The position numbers and the translations under genes are program-made. Below are positions 37,287-47,703 of a stretch of DNA of 64,000 bases, in pieces; positions within the stretch are counted from its first letter, which is position 1; every line of letters starts with the position of its first letter. The DNA comes from Thermoanaerobaculia bacterium (GTDB lineage: Bacteria; Acidobacteriota; Thermoanaerobaculia; Gp7-AA8). Where the stretch lies: NCBI GenBank assembly GCA_036375075.1, contig DASUSN010000052.1, positions 26,195 through 90,194 on the forward strand, given 5' to 3'. The notes beneath the pieces are model-generated. The model saw nothing but the letters and a program-made list of their open reading frames with translations, searched no databases and was not told the DNA's origin.

Positions 37287-39449
37287 ATGAAGACCCGTCT
37301 TTTCGCACTGCTGGCGCTGCTGGCCGTGCCGATTGCAGCCGTCGCCGACGACGGCATGTGGATGCCGCAGCAGGTCCCGGCACTTGCCGATGAGCTGAAG
37401 AAGCTCGGCCTGCAGATCGACCCCAATGCGTTCGCCGACCTCACCGGGTTCCCCATGGGCGCCATCGTGAGCCTCGGCGGTTGCAGCGCCTCGTTCGTGT
37501 CGCCCGAGGGGCTCGTGGCCACGAACCACCACTGTGTGTACGGCGCGCTGCAGTACAACTCCACCCCCCAGAACGATCTCGTCCGCAACGGCTTCCTGGC
37601 CAAGGACAAGAGCCAGGAGATCGAGGCCTCGCCGGGTGGGCGGATGTTCGTCACCCAGAGCATCGAGGACGTGACCAAACAGATCCTCGCGGCGTTCCCC
37701 GCGAACACGTCCGACGCCGAGCGCGCGCGCACCATCACCCGCCGCCGCCGGCAGATGATCGACGAGTGCGAGAAGGGCGGCGGCAAGCGCTGCGTGGTCG
37801 GGTCGTTCTTCGAGGGCGGCCAGCACCTGAAGATCACGCAGATGGAGATCCGCGACGTCCGTCTGGTCTACGCCCCGGCCCTCGGCGTCGGCAACTTCGG
37901 CGACGAGATCGACAACTGGATGTGGCCGCGCCACACCGGCGACTTCGGGTTCTACCGGGCCTACGTCGGCAAGGACGGCAAGCCCGCCGACTTCTCGAAG
38001 GACAACGTCCCGTACCGGCCGAAGCACTGGCTGAAGATCTCCACCCGCAACCTGAACCCCGAGGACCTGGTGATGGTCATCGGCACCCCCGGCGTCACCA
38101 AGCGCCACGTCACCGTGGCCGAGGTCGAGGCGGCCGAGGAGTTCGAGCTGCCGACGTCCGTGCGCTACCGCCGGATGCTCACCGAGCTCCTCCAGGCCCG
38201 CGGCAAGGACGACCGCGACATCGCCCTCAAGAACGCCAGCCGCATCGCCGGGCTGGAGAACTACCTGAAGAAGCACACCGGCACGCTCGAAGCGTTCGAG
38301 CGCGGCGATTACGTCGACGAGAAGCGGGCGCTGGACCAGCGCGACCGCGGCGCGCTCGACGCCACGCTCGCGCCGAAGTACGAGGCCGCGGAGAAGGAGC
38401 TGCTGTCGCTCCTCGAGAAGAAGCGCGCCACGCGCGACCGCGACCTCGTCTTCGCCTGGCTGTACCAGGCTTCCCCGATGCTCGCCCAGGCCAACACGAT
38501 CTACCGCCTGAGCGTGGAGAAGACGAAGGCCGATCTCGACCGCGCCGAGTCCTACACCGAGCGCAATCGCAAGAACCTGCTCTCCGGCGTGACGCGCCAG
38601 CGCCGCAACATGGAGCCGGGCAGCGACCGCGCGGGACTGCGTCTCTTCCTGCTCGAGGCCACCAAGCTCCCGGCCGGCCAGCGCATCCCGCCGGTCGACG
38701 CCGCGCTCGCCGCGACGGGCCAGACCACGCCGGAAGCGCAGGTCGACGCGCTCCTCGACAAGCTCTACGCCTCCACGCAGATCGGCAACGCCGAGGCGGA
38801 GACGAAGATGCTCGGCGAGACCACCGCGCAGCTCACCGCGCGCAACGACTCCATGATCAACTTCGCCGCGGCCCTGCGCGCGTTCGGCGCGCAGCTCGAC
38901 GAGTCCGACCAGGCCTGGGAAGGCGCGATGTCGCGCATCCGCCCGGTCATGCTCGACGCCCTCCGCGTCGCGCGTGGCGGACGGCTGTACCCGGACGCCA
39001 ACGGCACCCTCCGCTTCGGCTTCGGCCAGGTGCTGGGCTACAAGCCGCGCAACGCCGTCTGGTACCAGCCGCAGACCGACATCCGCGGAGTCGTCGAGAA
39101 GGAGACCGGCGAGGAGCCGTTCGCCAGCCCGGCGCGTCTCCTCGAGCGCGCGAAGGCGAAGGAGTTCGGCCCGTACGCCGACCCCGAGCTGAAGACGCTT
39201 CCGGTCGCGTTCATCTCCACGAACGTCGTCACGAACGGCAGCTCCGGCTCCGCGACGCTGAACGCGTGGGGCGAGCTGTGCGGTCTGGCCTTCGACTCGA
39301 ACTGGGAAGGCGTCGGCTCGGACTACCTCGTCGAGAACGACATCACCCGCACGATCCACGTCGACTCCCGCTACATGCTGTGGGTGATGGACGCGGTCGA
39401 CAACGCGGACAACCTGCTCACGGAGATGGGCATTACGCCGCAACTGTAA
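37287..39449 (+). CDS. S46-family dipeptidyl-peptidase (DPP7/DPP11-like)
   Basis: Signal peptide followed by DDGMWMPQQ, ATNHHCVYG (His), NGSSGSATLN (Ser). AGGAGG RBS. 720 aa. Confidence 0.85.
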   Translation: MKTRLFALLALLAVPIAAVADDGMWMPQQVPALADELKKLGLQIDPNAFADLTGFPMGAIVSLGGCSASFVSPEGLVATNHHCVYGALQYNSTPQNDLVRNGFLAKDKSQEIEASPGGRMFVTQSIEDVTKQILAAFPANTSDAERARTITRRRRQMIDECEKGGGKRCVVGSFFEGGQHLKITQMEIRDVRLVYAPALGVGNFGDEIDNWMWPRHTGDFGFYRAYVGKDGKPADFSKDNVPYRPKHWLKISTRNLNPEDLVMVIGTPGVTKRHVTVAEVEAAEEFELPTSVRYRRMLTELLQARGKDDRDIALKNASRIAGLENYLKKHTGTLEAFERGDYVDEKRALDQRDRGALDATLAPKYEAAEKELLSLLEKKRATRDRDLVFAWLYQASPMLAQANTIYRLSVEKTKADLDRAESYTERNRKNLLSGVTRQRRNMEPGSDRAGLRLFLLEATKLPAGQRIPPVDAALAATGQTTPEAQVDALLDKLYASTQIGNAEAETKMLGETTAQLTARNDSMINFAAALRAFGAQLDESDQAWEGAMSRIRPVMLDALRVARGGRLYPDANGTLRFGFGQVLGYKPRNAVWYQPQTDIRGVVEKETGEEPFASPARLLERAKAKEFGPYADPELKTLPVAFISTNVVTNGSSGSATLNAWGELCGLAFDSNWEGVGSDYLVENDITRTIHVDSRYMLWVMDAVDNADNLLTEMGITPQL

Positions 39450-39471
39450 AACGGGCACAGGCTTGGAATGA

Positions 39472-39505
39472 CGAAAGGCGGCTCAGGCCGCCTTTCGTAA
39501 TTTTT
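39472..39505 (+). terminator. Rho-independent terminator after the S46 peptidase gene
   Basis: CGAAAGGCGGC-tcag-GCCGCCTTTCG (11-bp stem) followed by TAATTTTT. Confidence 0.75.
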
Positions 39506-39536
39506 AATAACCCGTTATCGTTCCTGTCCTCGCCAC

Positions 39537-42002
39537 ATGGCTAAACGCTCGCGCATCAAAGACTTCTTCTGGCGCCACTCCGCCGGGATCGCGTTCCTGG
39601 TGATGCTGGCGTTCGTGGCCTTCCTGGGCTACGTCGGCTACAACTACGTCGTCATCACCAAGAAGTTCGAGTCCGCGCGGCGCTGGGACCTGCCCAGCCG
39701 CGTCTACTCCGACGCCACGCAGATCGTCGCCGGCATGGGCTATCCCCGGGCGCTCCTCGAGCCGAAGCTGAACCACGTCGGCTACCGCGAGGTGAAGGGC
39801 CGCGTCGAGAACCCCGGCGAATACCGCTACGTCGGCGACGACCTGGAGATCTTCCTCAACAACTTCGAGTATCCGGACATGGAGTTTCACGCCATGCCCG
39901 TGCTCGTCGAGATGAACGGCGCGCAGGTCCGCTCGCTCAAGAGGCTCAGCGACAACATCACCCTGCGCGGCGTGCGCATCGAGCCCGAGCTCATCACCTC
40001 GATCTACGACAACGCGATGGAAGACCGCATCCCGGTCTCCCTCGACGCCATCCCGCAGATCCTCACCGACGCCATCATCGCCACCGAGGACCGGACGTTC
40101 TACAGCCACCAGGGCGTGTCGCCGCGCGGCATCCTCCGCGCGATCTACACCGACATCCGCGCCAAGGGGCTCGTAGCCGGCGGCTCGACGCTCACCCAGC
40201 AGCTCGTGAAGAACCTCTTCCTCGATCCCGCGCGCACGTTCCGGCGCAAGGGGCAGGAAGCGCTGATGGCCGTCCTGCTCGAGCTGCGCTACGACAAGTC
40301 CGAGATCCTCGAGGCCTACTGCAACGAGATCTATCTCGGGCAGAACGGCAGTGTCCAGATCGTCGGCGTCGAGCAGGCGTCGCAGGTCTACTTCGGCAAG
40401 AAGGTCACGTACATCACCCTGCCCGAGGCGGCGACGCTCGCGCAGATGATCCGCTCGCCGAACGTCCTCTCGCCGCTGAAGAACCCCCAGCGCGCGAAAA
40501 CCGGCCGCGACCGCGTGCTGCGGCTCATGCTCGAGCAGCGCAAGATCACCCAGCGCCAGTACGAGGAAGCCGTCGCGTCGCCGCTCTCCGTCACGCGGTT
40601 CCCGAAGACCACCCGCAGCGCGCCGTTCTTCGTCGACCTCGTGCTCAAACAGCTCCGCGAGACCTACCCGGAGACGCAGCTCAAGACCGAGGGCCTGCGC
40701 ATCTTCACGTCGCTCGACATGATCATGCAGCGGTCGGCGGAAGAGGCGTTGAACAACGGCATCGCCAACCTCGGCAAGAAGTACAAGCACATCCGCAACT
40801 CCGACACGCCGCTGGAAGGCGTGGTCCTGACCATCCAGCCGGGTACGGGCTACGTGCGGGCGCTGGTCGGCGGCCGCAACTACACGACCACCCAGTTCAA
40901 CCGCGCCATCCAGGCCCGCCGCCAGCCGGGGTCGCTCTTCAAGCCGTTCGTGTACGTGACGGCGATGGATCCGTCGCGCGGCGATCAGACGCTCACCGCG
41001 TCCACGGTGCTCGACGACTCGCCGATCTCCGTGAAGGCCGGCACGGCCGACTGGAAGCCGCAGAACTACGACCTGCGGTTCCACGGTCCGGTGACCGTGC
41101 GCGAGGCCCTCGCGCATTCGTACAACATCCCGGCCGTCCGCGCGGCGATCGACGCGGGCGTGCCGAACGTGATCAAGACCGCGACGGCCATCGGCGTGGA
41201 GAGCAAGCTCCAGCCGTATCCGTCGATCTCCCTCGGCTCGTTCGAGGTGACGCCGCTGGAGATCGCGTACGCCTACTCCGCGTTCGCCAACCTCGGCGTC
41301 AAATCCGAGCCGGTGACGATCCTCGCGGTGGTGCGCCCGGACGGCGAGCTGCTCGAGACGCGCAATCTGAAGATGAAGCGCGTGGCGCCGGCGTCGGTCT
41401 GCTACGTGATGAACGACGTGCTCAAGGACGTGTTCAAGTACGGCACCGCGGGCCGTGCGCGCTCCCTCGGGTTCGAGCACGAGTACGCGGCCAAGACCGG
41501 CACGACCAGCAATTACCGCGACGCGTGGTTCATCGGCTACTCGCCGCGCATCCTGTCGCTGGTGTGGATCGGCTTCGACGACGGCCACAGCACGCGCCTG
41601 GCCGGCGGCGACGCGTGCCTGCCGATCTGGACGCGCCACATGAATCGCATCGACGGCATGATCCCGGACGTCGACTGGAAACGCCCCGAGGACGTGACCG
41701 AGCGGGAGATCGACCCGCAGTCCGGCATGCTGGCCACGCCGTACTGCCCGCGGTCGCGCTCCGAGGTGTACGTGGCGGGGACGGAGCCGGAGTCGGTGTG
41801 CGCGTTGCACGCGGGCAGCGGAGAACCGAGTCCGTACTGGCCAGTGCCCGACGTGTTCGACGACGACCGCCGCGCCGAGGACGCTCCGGTGGCGCCGGCG
41901 CCGGAAGACATCCAGCGCCGCGCCGAGGAAGAGCGCCGCAAAGCGCGCCAGAAGGAGAACTCGGTCCGCAAACTGCTGCGCCGGATTTTCGGAGATGGAT
42001 AG
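39537..42002 (+). CDS. mrcA: Class A penicillin-binding protein (transglycosylase/transpeptidase, PBP1A-like)
   Basis: GT51 motifs EDRTFYSHQGVS and GGSTLTQQL. Transpeptidase motifs GSLFKP (SxxK), SYN, KTGTT. N-terminal TM helix. Confidence 0.9.
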   Translation: MAKRSRIKDFFWRHSAGIAFLVMLAFVAFLGYVGYNYVVITKKFESARRWDLPSRVYSDATQIVAGMGYPRALLEPKLNHVGYREVKGRVENPGEYRYVGDDLEIFLNNFEYPDMEFHAMPVLVEMNGAQVRSLKRLSDNITLRGVRIEPELITSIYDNAMEDRIPVSLDAIPQILTDAIIATEDRTFYSHQGVSPRGILRAIYTDIRAKGLVAGGSTLTQQLVKNLFLDPARTFRRKGQEALMAVLLELRYDKSEILEAYCNEIYLGQNGSVQIVGVEQASQVYFGKKVTYITLPEAATLAQMIRSPNVLSPLKNPQRAKTGRDRVLRLMLEQRKITQRQYEEAVASPLSVTRFPKTTRSAPFFVDLVLKQLRETYPETQLKTEGLRIFTSLDMIMQRSAEEALNNGIANLGKKYKHIRNSDTPLEGVVLTIQPGTGYVRALVGGRNYTTTQFNRAIQARRQPGSLFKPFVYVTAMDPSRGDQTLTASTVLDDSPISVKAGTADWKPQNYDLRFHGPVTVREALAHSYNIPAVRAAIDAGVPNVIKTATAIGVESKLQPYPSISLGSFEVTPLEIAYAYSAFANLGVKSEPVTILAVVRPDGELLETRNLKMKRVAPASVCYVMNDVLKDVFKYGTAGRARSLGFEHEYAAKTGTTSNYRDAWFIGYSPRILSLVWIGFDDGHSTRLAGGDACLPIWTRHMNRIDGMIPDVDWKRPEDVTEREIDPQSGMLATPYCPRSRSEVYVAGTEPESVCALHAGSGEPSPYWPVPDVFDDDRRAEDAPVAPAPEDIQRRAEEERRKARQKENSVRKLLRRIFGDG

Positions 42003-42016
42003 ACCCAACCACCACC

Positions 42017-42045
42017 TGTCATCCCTCGCTACGCTCGGGATGACA
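42017..42045. repeat. Family E-prime mini-copy (internal-deletion derivative)
   Basis: TGTCATCCCTCGCTACGCTCGGGATGACA retains the termini of the 34677 element (GTCATCCC ... CCCTCGCT-CGACGCTCGGGATGAC). Confidence 0.7.
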
Positions 42046-42071
42046 TAGCTCGATAGACTGCAATACCAACG

Positions 42072-42881
42072 ATGACCACTTCCACCCTCGAACAGCCGGC
42101 ATCGCCGGGTCTCCTCCGGCGCATTCGCGAGCGCGCGGACAAGACCTTTCTGTACATCGGCGGATTGACCGACCTGATGATGCAGACGCTCCACCAGATC
42201 CGCCGCGGTCCGCTCGAGCGTCCGCTGCTGATGCAGCAGTTCGAGCAGATCGGCTTCCGCTCGCTGTCCATCGTGATCATCACCGCGGCCTTCATCGGCA
42301 TGGTGCTCGCGCTGCAGACCGCGTACGCGCTCGAGGACTTCGGCGGCAAGCTGTTCGTCGGCGTGATCGTGTCGCTCTCGCTCGTGCGCGAGCTCGCGCC
42401 CGTGCTCATGGCGCTGATGGTCGGGGGCCGCGTCGGCGCGGGCATGACCGCGGAGCTCGGGACCATGAAGGTCACCGAGCAGATCGACGCGCTCCGGGCG
42501 CTGGCGACGAATCCCGTCCGCAAGCTGGTCGTGCCGCGCGTCATCGCCACGACCGTCATGTTCCCGCTGCTGACCGTCATCGCCATCGCCCTGGGCATCC
42601 TCGGCGGCATGCTCATCGCCGTGGCGAACCTCAACCTCAGCGCGAACTACTACCTGCGCAGCGTCATCCAGACCGTCAAGTACAACGACCTGGCCTCGGG
42701 CATCGGCAAGACGTTCTTCTTCGGCTTCGCCATCGCCCTCGTGGCCTGCTTCAACGGCCTCCGCACCAGCGGCGGCGCGGACGGCGTGGGCCGCGCCACG
42801 ACGGCTACGGTCGTCACCGGCGCCATCACCGTCCTGATCATGGACTTCTTTCTGACCAAGCTGTTCCTGATGATCCTCTGA
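42072..42881 (+). CDS. mlaE: MlaE-family ABC transporter permease
   Basis: GFRSLSIVIITAAFIGMVLALQ...LVRELAPVLMALMVGGRVGAGMTAELGTMKVTEQIDAL. Confidence 0.88.
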   Translation: MTTSTLEQPASPGLLRRIRERADKTFLYIGGLTDLMMQTLHQIRRGPLERPLLMQQFEQIGFRSLSIVIITAAFIGMVLALQTAYALEDFGGKLFVGVIVSLSLVRELAPVLMALMVGGRVGAGMTAELGTMKVTEQIDALRALATNPVRKLVVPRVIATTVMFPLLTVIAIALGILGGMLIAVANLNLSANYYLRSVIQTVKYNDLASGIGKTFFFGFAIALVACFNGLRTSGGADGVGRATTATVVTGAITVLIMDFFLTKLFLMIL

Positions 42882-43726
42882 TGACCGACACTCTCATCAC
42901 CGACCGGCGCGGATCGGACCGCGGAATGACGGACCGCCGCCGCCATCCGCGCGAGCCGTTCGTCGAGTTCCACGACCTGTTCAAGAGCTACGGCCCGAAA
43001 CAGGTCCTGCGCGGCGCGAGCCTCAAGGTTTACCGCGGCGAGGTGATGGTCATCCTGGGCGGCTCGGGGACGGGGAAGTCGGTCACGCTGCGGCACATGC
43101 TCGGACTCGAGGCCCCGGACTCCGGCCGGGTCATCGTCGAGGAAGAGGACATCACCGATTTTCCGGAGGAGGAGCTGTACCGCGTCCGCAAGAAGTTCGG
43201 GATGCTCTTCCAGAGCGGCGCGCTGTTCGACTCGATGACGGTCTTCGAGAACGTGGCCTTCCCGCTGCGCGAGCACACGGAGATGAGCGAGGAGGAGATC
43301 ACGCGCGCGGTGCGCGAGAAGCTCGAGCTCGTGAACCTGCCGAGCTCCGAGCACCTGATGCCGGTCGATCTCTCCGGCGGCATGCGCAAGCGCGTCGGCC
43401 TGGCGCGGTCGATCGTGCTGGACCCGAAGGTGATCCTCTACGACGAGCCGACCACGGGACTCGATCCGATCACGTCGCAGACGATCAACGAGCTGATCGT
43501 CGACCTGCAGGCCAAACTCAACGTGACGTCGGTGGTCGTCACGCACGACATCCACTCCGCGTTCTCGGTCGGGGACCGCATCGCGTTCCTCCACCAGGGC
43601 GTCTTCGAATGGGTGGGGTCCATGGACGAAGCGCGCGACACCGACAACCCCCGGCTGCGCGATTTCCTGAAGGCGAGCGCCGTCACGGCGGCGCAGCCCA
43701 CGAAGACGACGCAGCCGTCGAAATGA
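42881..43726 (+). CDS. mlaF: MlaF-family ABC transporter ATP-binding protein
   Basis: GGSGTGKSV, LSGGMRKRVGLARS, ILYDEPTTGLD. TGATG junction with mlaE. The ~30-aa Arg-rich N-terminal lead-in makes a later start (42926) possible. Confidence 0.88.
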   Translation: MTDTLITDRRGSDRGMTDRRRHPREPFVEFHDLFKSYGPKQVLRGASLKVYRGEVMVILGGSGTGKSVTLRHMLGLEAPDSGRVIVEEEDITDFPEEELYRVRKKFGMLFQSGALFDSMTVFENVAFPLREHTEMSEEEITRAVREKLELVNLPSSEHLMPVDLSGGMRKRVGLARSIVLDPKVILYDEPTTGLDPITSQTINELIVDLQAKLNVTSVVVTHDIHSAFSVGDRIAFLHQGVFEWVGSMDEARDTDNPRLRDFLKASAVTAAQPTKTTQPSK

Positions 43727-44997
43727 ACACTATGGCGAAAAAGAGCAACGACAAATCCATCCGCGTCGGAGTCATGGTCTCCGCCGCCCTGCTGATCCTG
43801 ATGGTCTTCCTTTTCTTCATCGGATCGGAGCAGAAGATCTTCGCGCGCAAGAACGAATACGAGGTGCGGCTGGCCAACGTGACCGGTCTCGCCGAAGGCA
43901 ATCCGGTGAAGATGTCGGGCGTCACCATCGGCGTGATCCGCGACATCAAGCTGCCCCAGGACCCGAAGATGCAGCAGGTCGAGATCCTGCTGATGGTCGA
44001 CCGCAAGTTCTCGGAGCGCATCCGCGGCGACTCGCGCGTGCGCCTCAAGAAGCTCGGCCTGCTCACCGGTGACAGCTTCATCGACGTCACGCCCGGCACG
44101 CCGCGCTTTCCGGTGCTCGAGCCGGGCTCGATGATTCCCTCGCAGCGGCAGGCGGACGTGGAAGCGCTCCTGAGCTCGGGCGAGGACCTGGTCGACAACT
44201 TCGTGCAGATCTCGTATTCGCTGAAGAACATCCTGCAGCGCATCGACCGCGGCGAAGGCCTCCTCGGCGAGCTGACGACCGCGCCGGAGACGAAGCAGCG
44301 CCTCACGGACACGCTCCTGACGACGCTGAACAAGACCAACGCGGCGCTCACGCACGTCGAGAGCGGCAAGGGCGTGGTCGGCAAGCTGGTCTACGACGAC
44401 GCGTACGCCGAGCAGCTCACGACCTCCCTCGCCAGCGCCGCGCAATCGCTGCAGACGATCACCGCGAACGTGCAGAAGGGCTTCGAGACGAACGAGGGCC
44501 TCGTGCCCGCGCTGATCAACGATCCGGCGGCGAAGACGCGCATCTACGAGGTGGTGGAGAACCTCCGCCTGACGTCGGCCAACCTCGCGGCGTTCAGCGC
44601 GTCGATGCAGACCGGCCAGGGCCTGGTGCCGCGCCTCCTCAACGACAAGGCCTACGGCGACGAAGCCCTGGGCGAGTTCACGACGCTCATCCGGCAGCTC
44701 AACGTCACGGTGGGCAAGCTGAACAACGGCGAAGGAACGGCCGGCAAGATCATCAACGACCCCTCGGTCTACGAATCCATCAACGACATCCTCATCGGCA
44801 TCAACGAGTCCAAGCTCCTCCGCTGGCTGATTCGCAACCGCCAGCAGGCGGGGATCGAGAAGCGCGTGGAGGAAGTGCAGAAGGCGCCGGGCACCGAGCC
44901 CCCGCCGCCCGTCACCCCCGCCCCGGACGTGACGCCGCAGGCGCTGCCCCCCGAGGTGCTGGAGCCCCCGGCGGCGACAGATACCACGGGAACGTGA
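43723..44997 (+). CDS. mlaD: MlaD/MCE-domain protein with long helical C-terminal region and Pro-rich tail
   Basis: TM helix, MCE core YEVRLANVTGLAEGNPVKMSGVTIGVIRDI. ATGA overlap with mlaF. Confidence 0.85.
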   Translation: MNTMAKKSNDKSIRVGVMVSAALLILMVFLFFIGSEQKIFARKNEYEVRLANVTGLAEGNPVKMSGVTIGVIRDIKLPQDPKMQQVEILLMVDRKFSERIRGDSRVRLKKLGLLTGDSFIDVTPGTPRFPVLEPGSMIPSQRQADVEALLSSGEDLVDNFVQISYSLKNILQRIDRGEGLLGELTTAPETKQRLTDTLLTTLNKTNAALTHVESGKGVVGKLVYDDAYAEQLTTSLASAAQSLQTITANVQKGFETNEGLVPALINDPAAKTRIYEVVENLRLTSANLAAFSASMQTGQGLVPRLLNDKAYGDEALGEFTTLIRQLNVTVGKLNNGEGTAGKIINDPSVYESINDILIGINESKLLRWLIRNRQQAGIEKRVEEVQKAPGTEPPPPVTPAPDVTPQALPPEVLEPPAATDTTGT

Positions 44998-45005
44998 TGC
45001 CCGCT

Positions 45006-45106
45006 GTCATCCTGAGCCGCGTAGACGGCGAAGGACCCCCTGCGGTTCCCGCAGCCCGCGCCGGAATCAGGGGGTCGTTCGCCGCGCTACGCCGGCTCAG
45101 GATGAC
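45006..45106. repeat. Palindromic element family E
   Basis: GTCATCCTGAGCCGCGTAGACGGCGAAGGACCCC...GCCGCGCTACGCCGGCTCAGGATGAC. Followed by a tandem 14-mer CTGCCCCCTGCGCC x2 (45119-45146). Confidence 0.9.
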
Positions 45107-45198
45107 ACCGCTTCCCTCCTGCCCCCTGCGCCCTGCCCCCTGCGCCCTGGTGTGATACCTTGCGCCGCCGTAATTACTCACCCGCGGAGGGGCTCCCT

Positions 45199-46524
45199 GT
45201 GGATATCGCTGTCATCGGTACCGGGTATGTCGGTCTCGTCACCGGCGCCGGGCTGTCGGACTTCGGCAACGACGTGATCTGCGTCGACGTCGACGTCAGA
45301 AAAATCGACGCACTCAACAACGGCGTCATCCCCATCTACGAGCCCGGCCTGGACACGCTGGTCAGCAAGAACGTCGGCGAGGGACGCCTGCGCTTCTCCA
45401 CCGACCTCGCCGAAGCCATTACCTCGTGCCGCGCCATCTTCATCGCCGTCGGCACCCCTCCGAAGCCCGACGGCTCAGCCGACCTCCGCTACGTCGAGGA
45501 GGTCGCCCACACGATCGCGAAGCACATGAACGGGCCGAAGATCGTCATCACCAAGTCGACCGTGCCCATCGGCACCGGCCGGATGATCGAGCAGATCATC
45601 GAGTCCTACGGCACGGGGCACAAGGCGTCGATCGTCTCCAACCCCGAGTTCCTCCGCGAGGGCTCGGCCATCGAAGACTTCATGAAGCCCGACCGCGTGG
45701 TCATCGGCGCGACCGATCCCGAGGCGGCGGACATGATGAAGGAGATCTACGCGCCGCTGCACTCGCTGGAGATCCCGTTCGTGGTCACGAACGTGGAGTC
45801 CTCCGAGCTGATCAAGTACGCCGCGAACGGCTTCCTGGCCGTGAAGATCACGTTCATCAACGAGATCGCCGTCGTCTGCGAGAAGGTCGGCGCGGACGTG
45901 CACCACGTCGCCATCGGCATGGGCCTCGACTCGCGCATCGGCCCGAAGTTCCTCCAAGCCGGCCCCGGCTTCGGCGGCTCGTGCTTCCCCAAGGACACGA
46001 GCGCGATGGCCGACATCTCCCGCCGCCACGGCTACGAGTTCCAGATCATGGAGGCCGTGCTGCGCGTGAACGACGCGGTCAAGCTGCGCATGATCGACAA
46101 GATCGTGGCCGCGCTCGACGGCGACGTCGCTGGCAAGACCGTTGCGATGCTCGGCCTGGCGTTCAAGCCTGAGACCGACGACATGCGCGATTCCCCGACC
46201 ATCCCCATCATCAAAGGCCTCCAGCAGCGCGGCGCAGCCATCCGCGCCTACGACCCGGCCGCCACCGGAAACGCGAAAGCGATCTTCCATGACGTCGAGT
46301 ACTGCGCGGACGCCTACCAGACCGCGGAAGGCGCGGACGTGCTGGTGCTGGCGACGGAGTGGAACGAGTTCCGCGCGCTGAACTTCGAGCGCATCGGCAA
46401 GGCCCTGCGCCAGCCGGTGGTCGTCGACCTCCGCAACGTCTACGACCCGCACCGCATGGCCGCCCTCGGCTTCCGCTACTCGTCCGTCGGCCGCGTCGAT
46501 GACCGGCGCAAGAGGCCGCGCTGA
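45199..46524 (+). CDS. ugd: UDP-glucose 6-dehydrogenase
   Basis: [23 protein letters not shown] (catalytic Cys). GTG 45199 is preceded by GGAGG. Confidence 0.9.
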   Translation: MDIAVIGTGYVGLVTGAGLSDFGNDVICVDVDVRKIDALNNGVIPIYEPGLDTLVSKNVGEGRLRFSTDLAEAITSCRAIFIAVGTPPKPDGSADLRYVEEVAHTIAKHMNGPKIVITKSTVPIGTGRMIEQIIESYGTGHKASIVSNPEFLREGSAIEDFMKPDRVVIGATDPEAADMMKEIYAPLHSLEIPFVVTNVESSELIKYAANGFLAVKITFINEIAVVCEKVGADVHHVAIGMGLDSRIGPKFLQAGPGFGGSCFPKDTSAMADISRRHGYEFQIMEAVLRVNDAVKLRMIDKIVAALDGDVAGKTVAMLGLAFKPETDDMRDSPTIPIIKGLQQRGAAIRAYDPAATGNAKAIFHDVEYCADAYQTAEGADVLVLATEWNEFRALNFERIGKALRQPVVVDLRNVYDPHRMAALGFRYSSVGRVDDRRKRPR

Positions 46525-47483
46525 TGGCTCCTTCGGCCACGCTCAGGACAGGCCGTGCGCTCATCACCGGCGGCGCGGGCTTCCTCGGCTCGCACCTCTG
46601 CGAGCTGTTCCTCGCCAACGGCCATGAAGTGGTCTGCATGGACAACTTCATCACCGGCTCGCCGGACAACATCAAGCACCTCTTTGGCCGCGACGGCTTC
46701 ACGTTCATCAAGCAGGACGTGACGAACTACATCCACATCGACGGCCCGCTCGACTACGTCCTGCACTTCGCGTCTCCGGCCAGCCCCATCGACTATCTCG
46801 AGAAGCCCATCCAGACCCTCAAGGTCGGCTCCCTCGGCACCCACAAGACCCTGGGCGTGGCCAAGGACAAAGGCGCGCGCTACCTGCTCGCGTCGACGTC
46901 GGAGACCTACGGCGACCCGCTCGTCCACCCGCAGCGCGAGGACTACTGGGGCAACGTGAACCCGGTCGGCCCGCGCGGCGTGTACGACGAGGCCAAGCGC
47001 TTCGCCGAGGCCATGACCATGGCCTATCACCGCTTCCATGGCGTGGACACCCGCATCGTGCGCATCTTCAACACCTACGGCGAGCGGATGCGCGTCAACG
47101 ACGGCCGCGTCGTCCCCGCCTTCATCTCCCAGGCGCTGCGCAACGAGCCGCTGACGGTCTTCGGCGACGGCTCCCAGACCCGCTCGTTCTGCTACGTCTC
47201 CGACCTCATCGACGGCATCTACCGCCTGCTGATGTCCAACGAGGTGCAGCCGACCAACATCGGCAATCCCGCGGAGATGACCGTCCTCCAGTTCGCGGAA
47301 GTCATCAAGAAGCTCACCGGCACCAGCGCCCCCATCGACTTCCGCCCCCTCCCCGAGGACGACCCCAAGATCCGCCGCCCGGACATCACCAAAGCCCGCA
47401 CCATCCTCGGCTGGGAGCCGCGCGTGCCATTGGAAGAGGGGTTGACGCGGACGATCGACTACTTCCGCACCGTGGTTCAGTAG
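46524..47483 (+). CDS. UDP-glucuronate decarboxylase (UDP-xylose synthase-like SDR)
   Basis: [32 protein letters not shown] junction with ugd. Its TAG stop is the first unit of repeat family C. Confidence 0.85.
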   Translation: MAPSATLRTGRALITGGAGFLGSHLCELFLANGHEVVCMDNFITGSPDNIKHLFGRDGFTFIKQDVTNYIHIDGPLDYVLHFASPASPIDYLEKPIQTLKVGSLGTHKTLGVAKDKGARYLLASTSETYGDPLVHPQREDYWGNVNPVGPRGVYDEAKRFAEAMTMAYHRFHGVDTRIVRIFNTYGERMRVNDGRVVPAFISQALRNEPLTVFGDGSQTRSFCYVSDLIDGIYRLLMSNEVQPTNIGNPAEMTVLQFAEVIKKLTGTSAPIDFRPLPEDDPKIRRPDITKARTILGWEPRVPLEEGLTRTIDYFRTVVQ

Positions 47484-47576
47484 GACGAATAGGACGAATA
47501 GGACCTATAGGACAGATAGGACCTATCCGTCCTATCCGTCCTATCCGTCCTATAGGTCCTATACGTCCTACGTCCG
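47481..47576. repeat. Micro-repeat hairpin, family C, longest copy
   Basis: TAGGACGAA TAGGACGAA TAGGACCTA TAGGACAGA TAGGACC / TATCCGTCC x3 TATAGGTCC TATACGTCC (9-nt period). Confidence 0.92.
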
Positions 47577-47664
47577 TCCCATTTCCGGACACTCCCATCC
47601 CAACCACGCACGAACGGCGTGTGAACGAACGGTCTAACCCCTTGCGAACAAACGACAACCCCCA

Positions 47665-47680
47665 TGGCACCGCCGCTGCT
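47665..47680 (+). promoter_or_regulatory. Sigma-54 (-24/-12) promoter upstream of the MacA/ABC/ADOP operon
   Basis: TGGCACcgccgcTGCT with GG-N10-GC spacing exact. Lies 24 nt before ATG 47704. Two sigma-54 activator genes are in the same locus. Confidence 0.6.
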
Positions 47681-47703
47681 CTTACGGCGCGGCAACCACT
47701 GCC

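Noticed and set aside
39504-42194. An 896-aa ORF antisense to the PBP1A gene. Similar very long antisense or off-frame ORFs occur at 37038..39458, 47386..49680, 52888..56544, 57700..60330 and 59229..62336.
   Set aside because: Their translations are Arg/Ala/Gly/Pro/His-rich with no motifs. Each lies opposite to, or out of frame with, a gene that has unambiguous family motifs. Long stop-free alternative frames are expected in GC-rich DNA.
45148-45163. TGGTGTGATACCTTGC upstream of ugd as a sigma-54 promoter.
   Set aside because: The GG-GC spacing is 11 nt, and the -24 box lacks the CAC of TGGCAC.
47481-47576. Could the short tandem repeat arrays (here and at 17168, 30941, 54456, 56966 and 59109) be CRISPR arrays?
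   Set aside because: The units are only 7-9 nt (16 at most) and directly abut without spacers. The arrays are arranged as inverted halves. No cas genes or leader are present.
47477-47695. ORFs translating the repeat elements into periodic peptides ([53 protein letters not shown]) could be repeat proteins.
   Set aside because: They coincide exactly with palindromic non-coding elements, occur on both strands, lack start contexts, and the same DNA recurs between unrelated genes.
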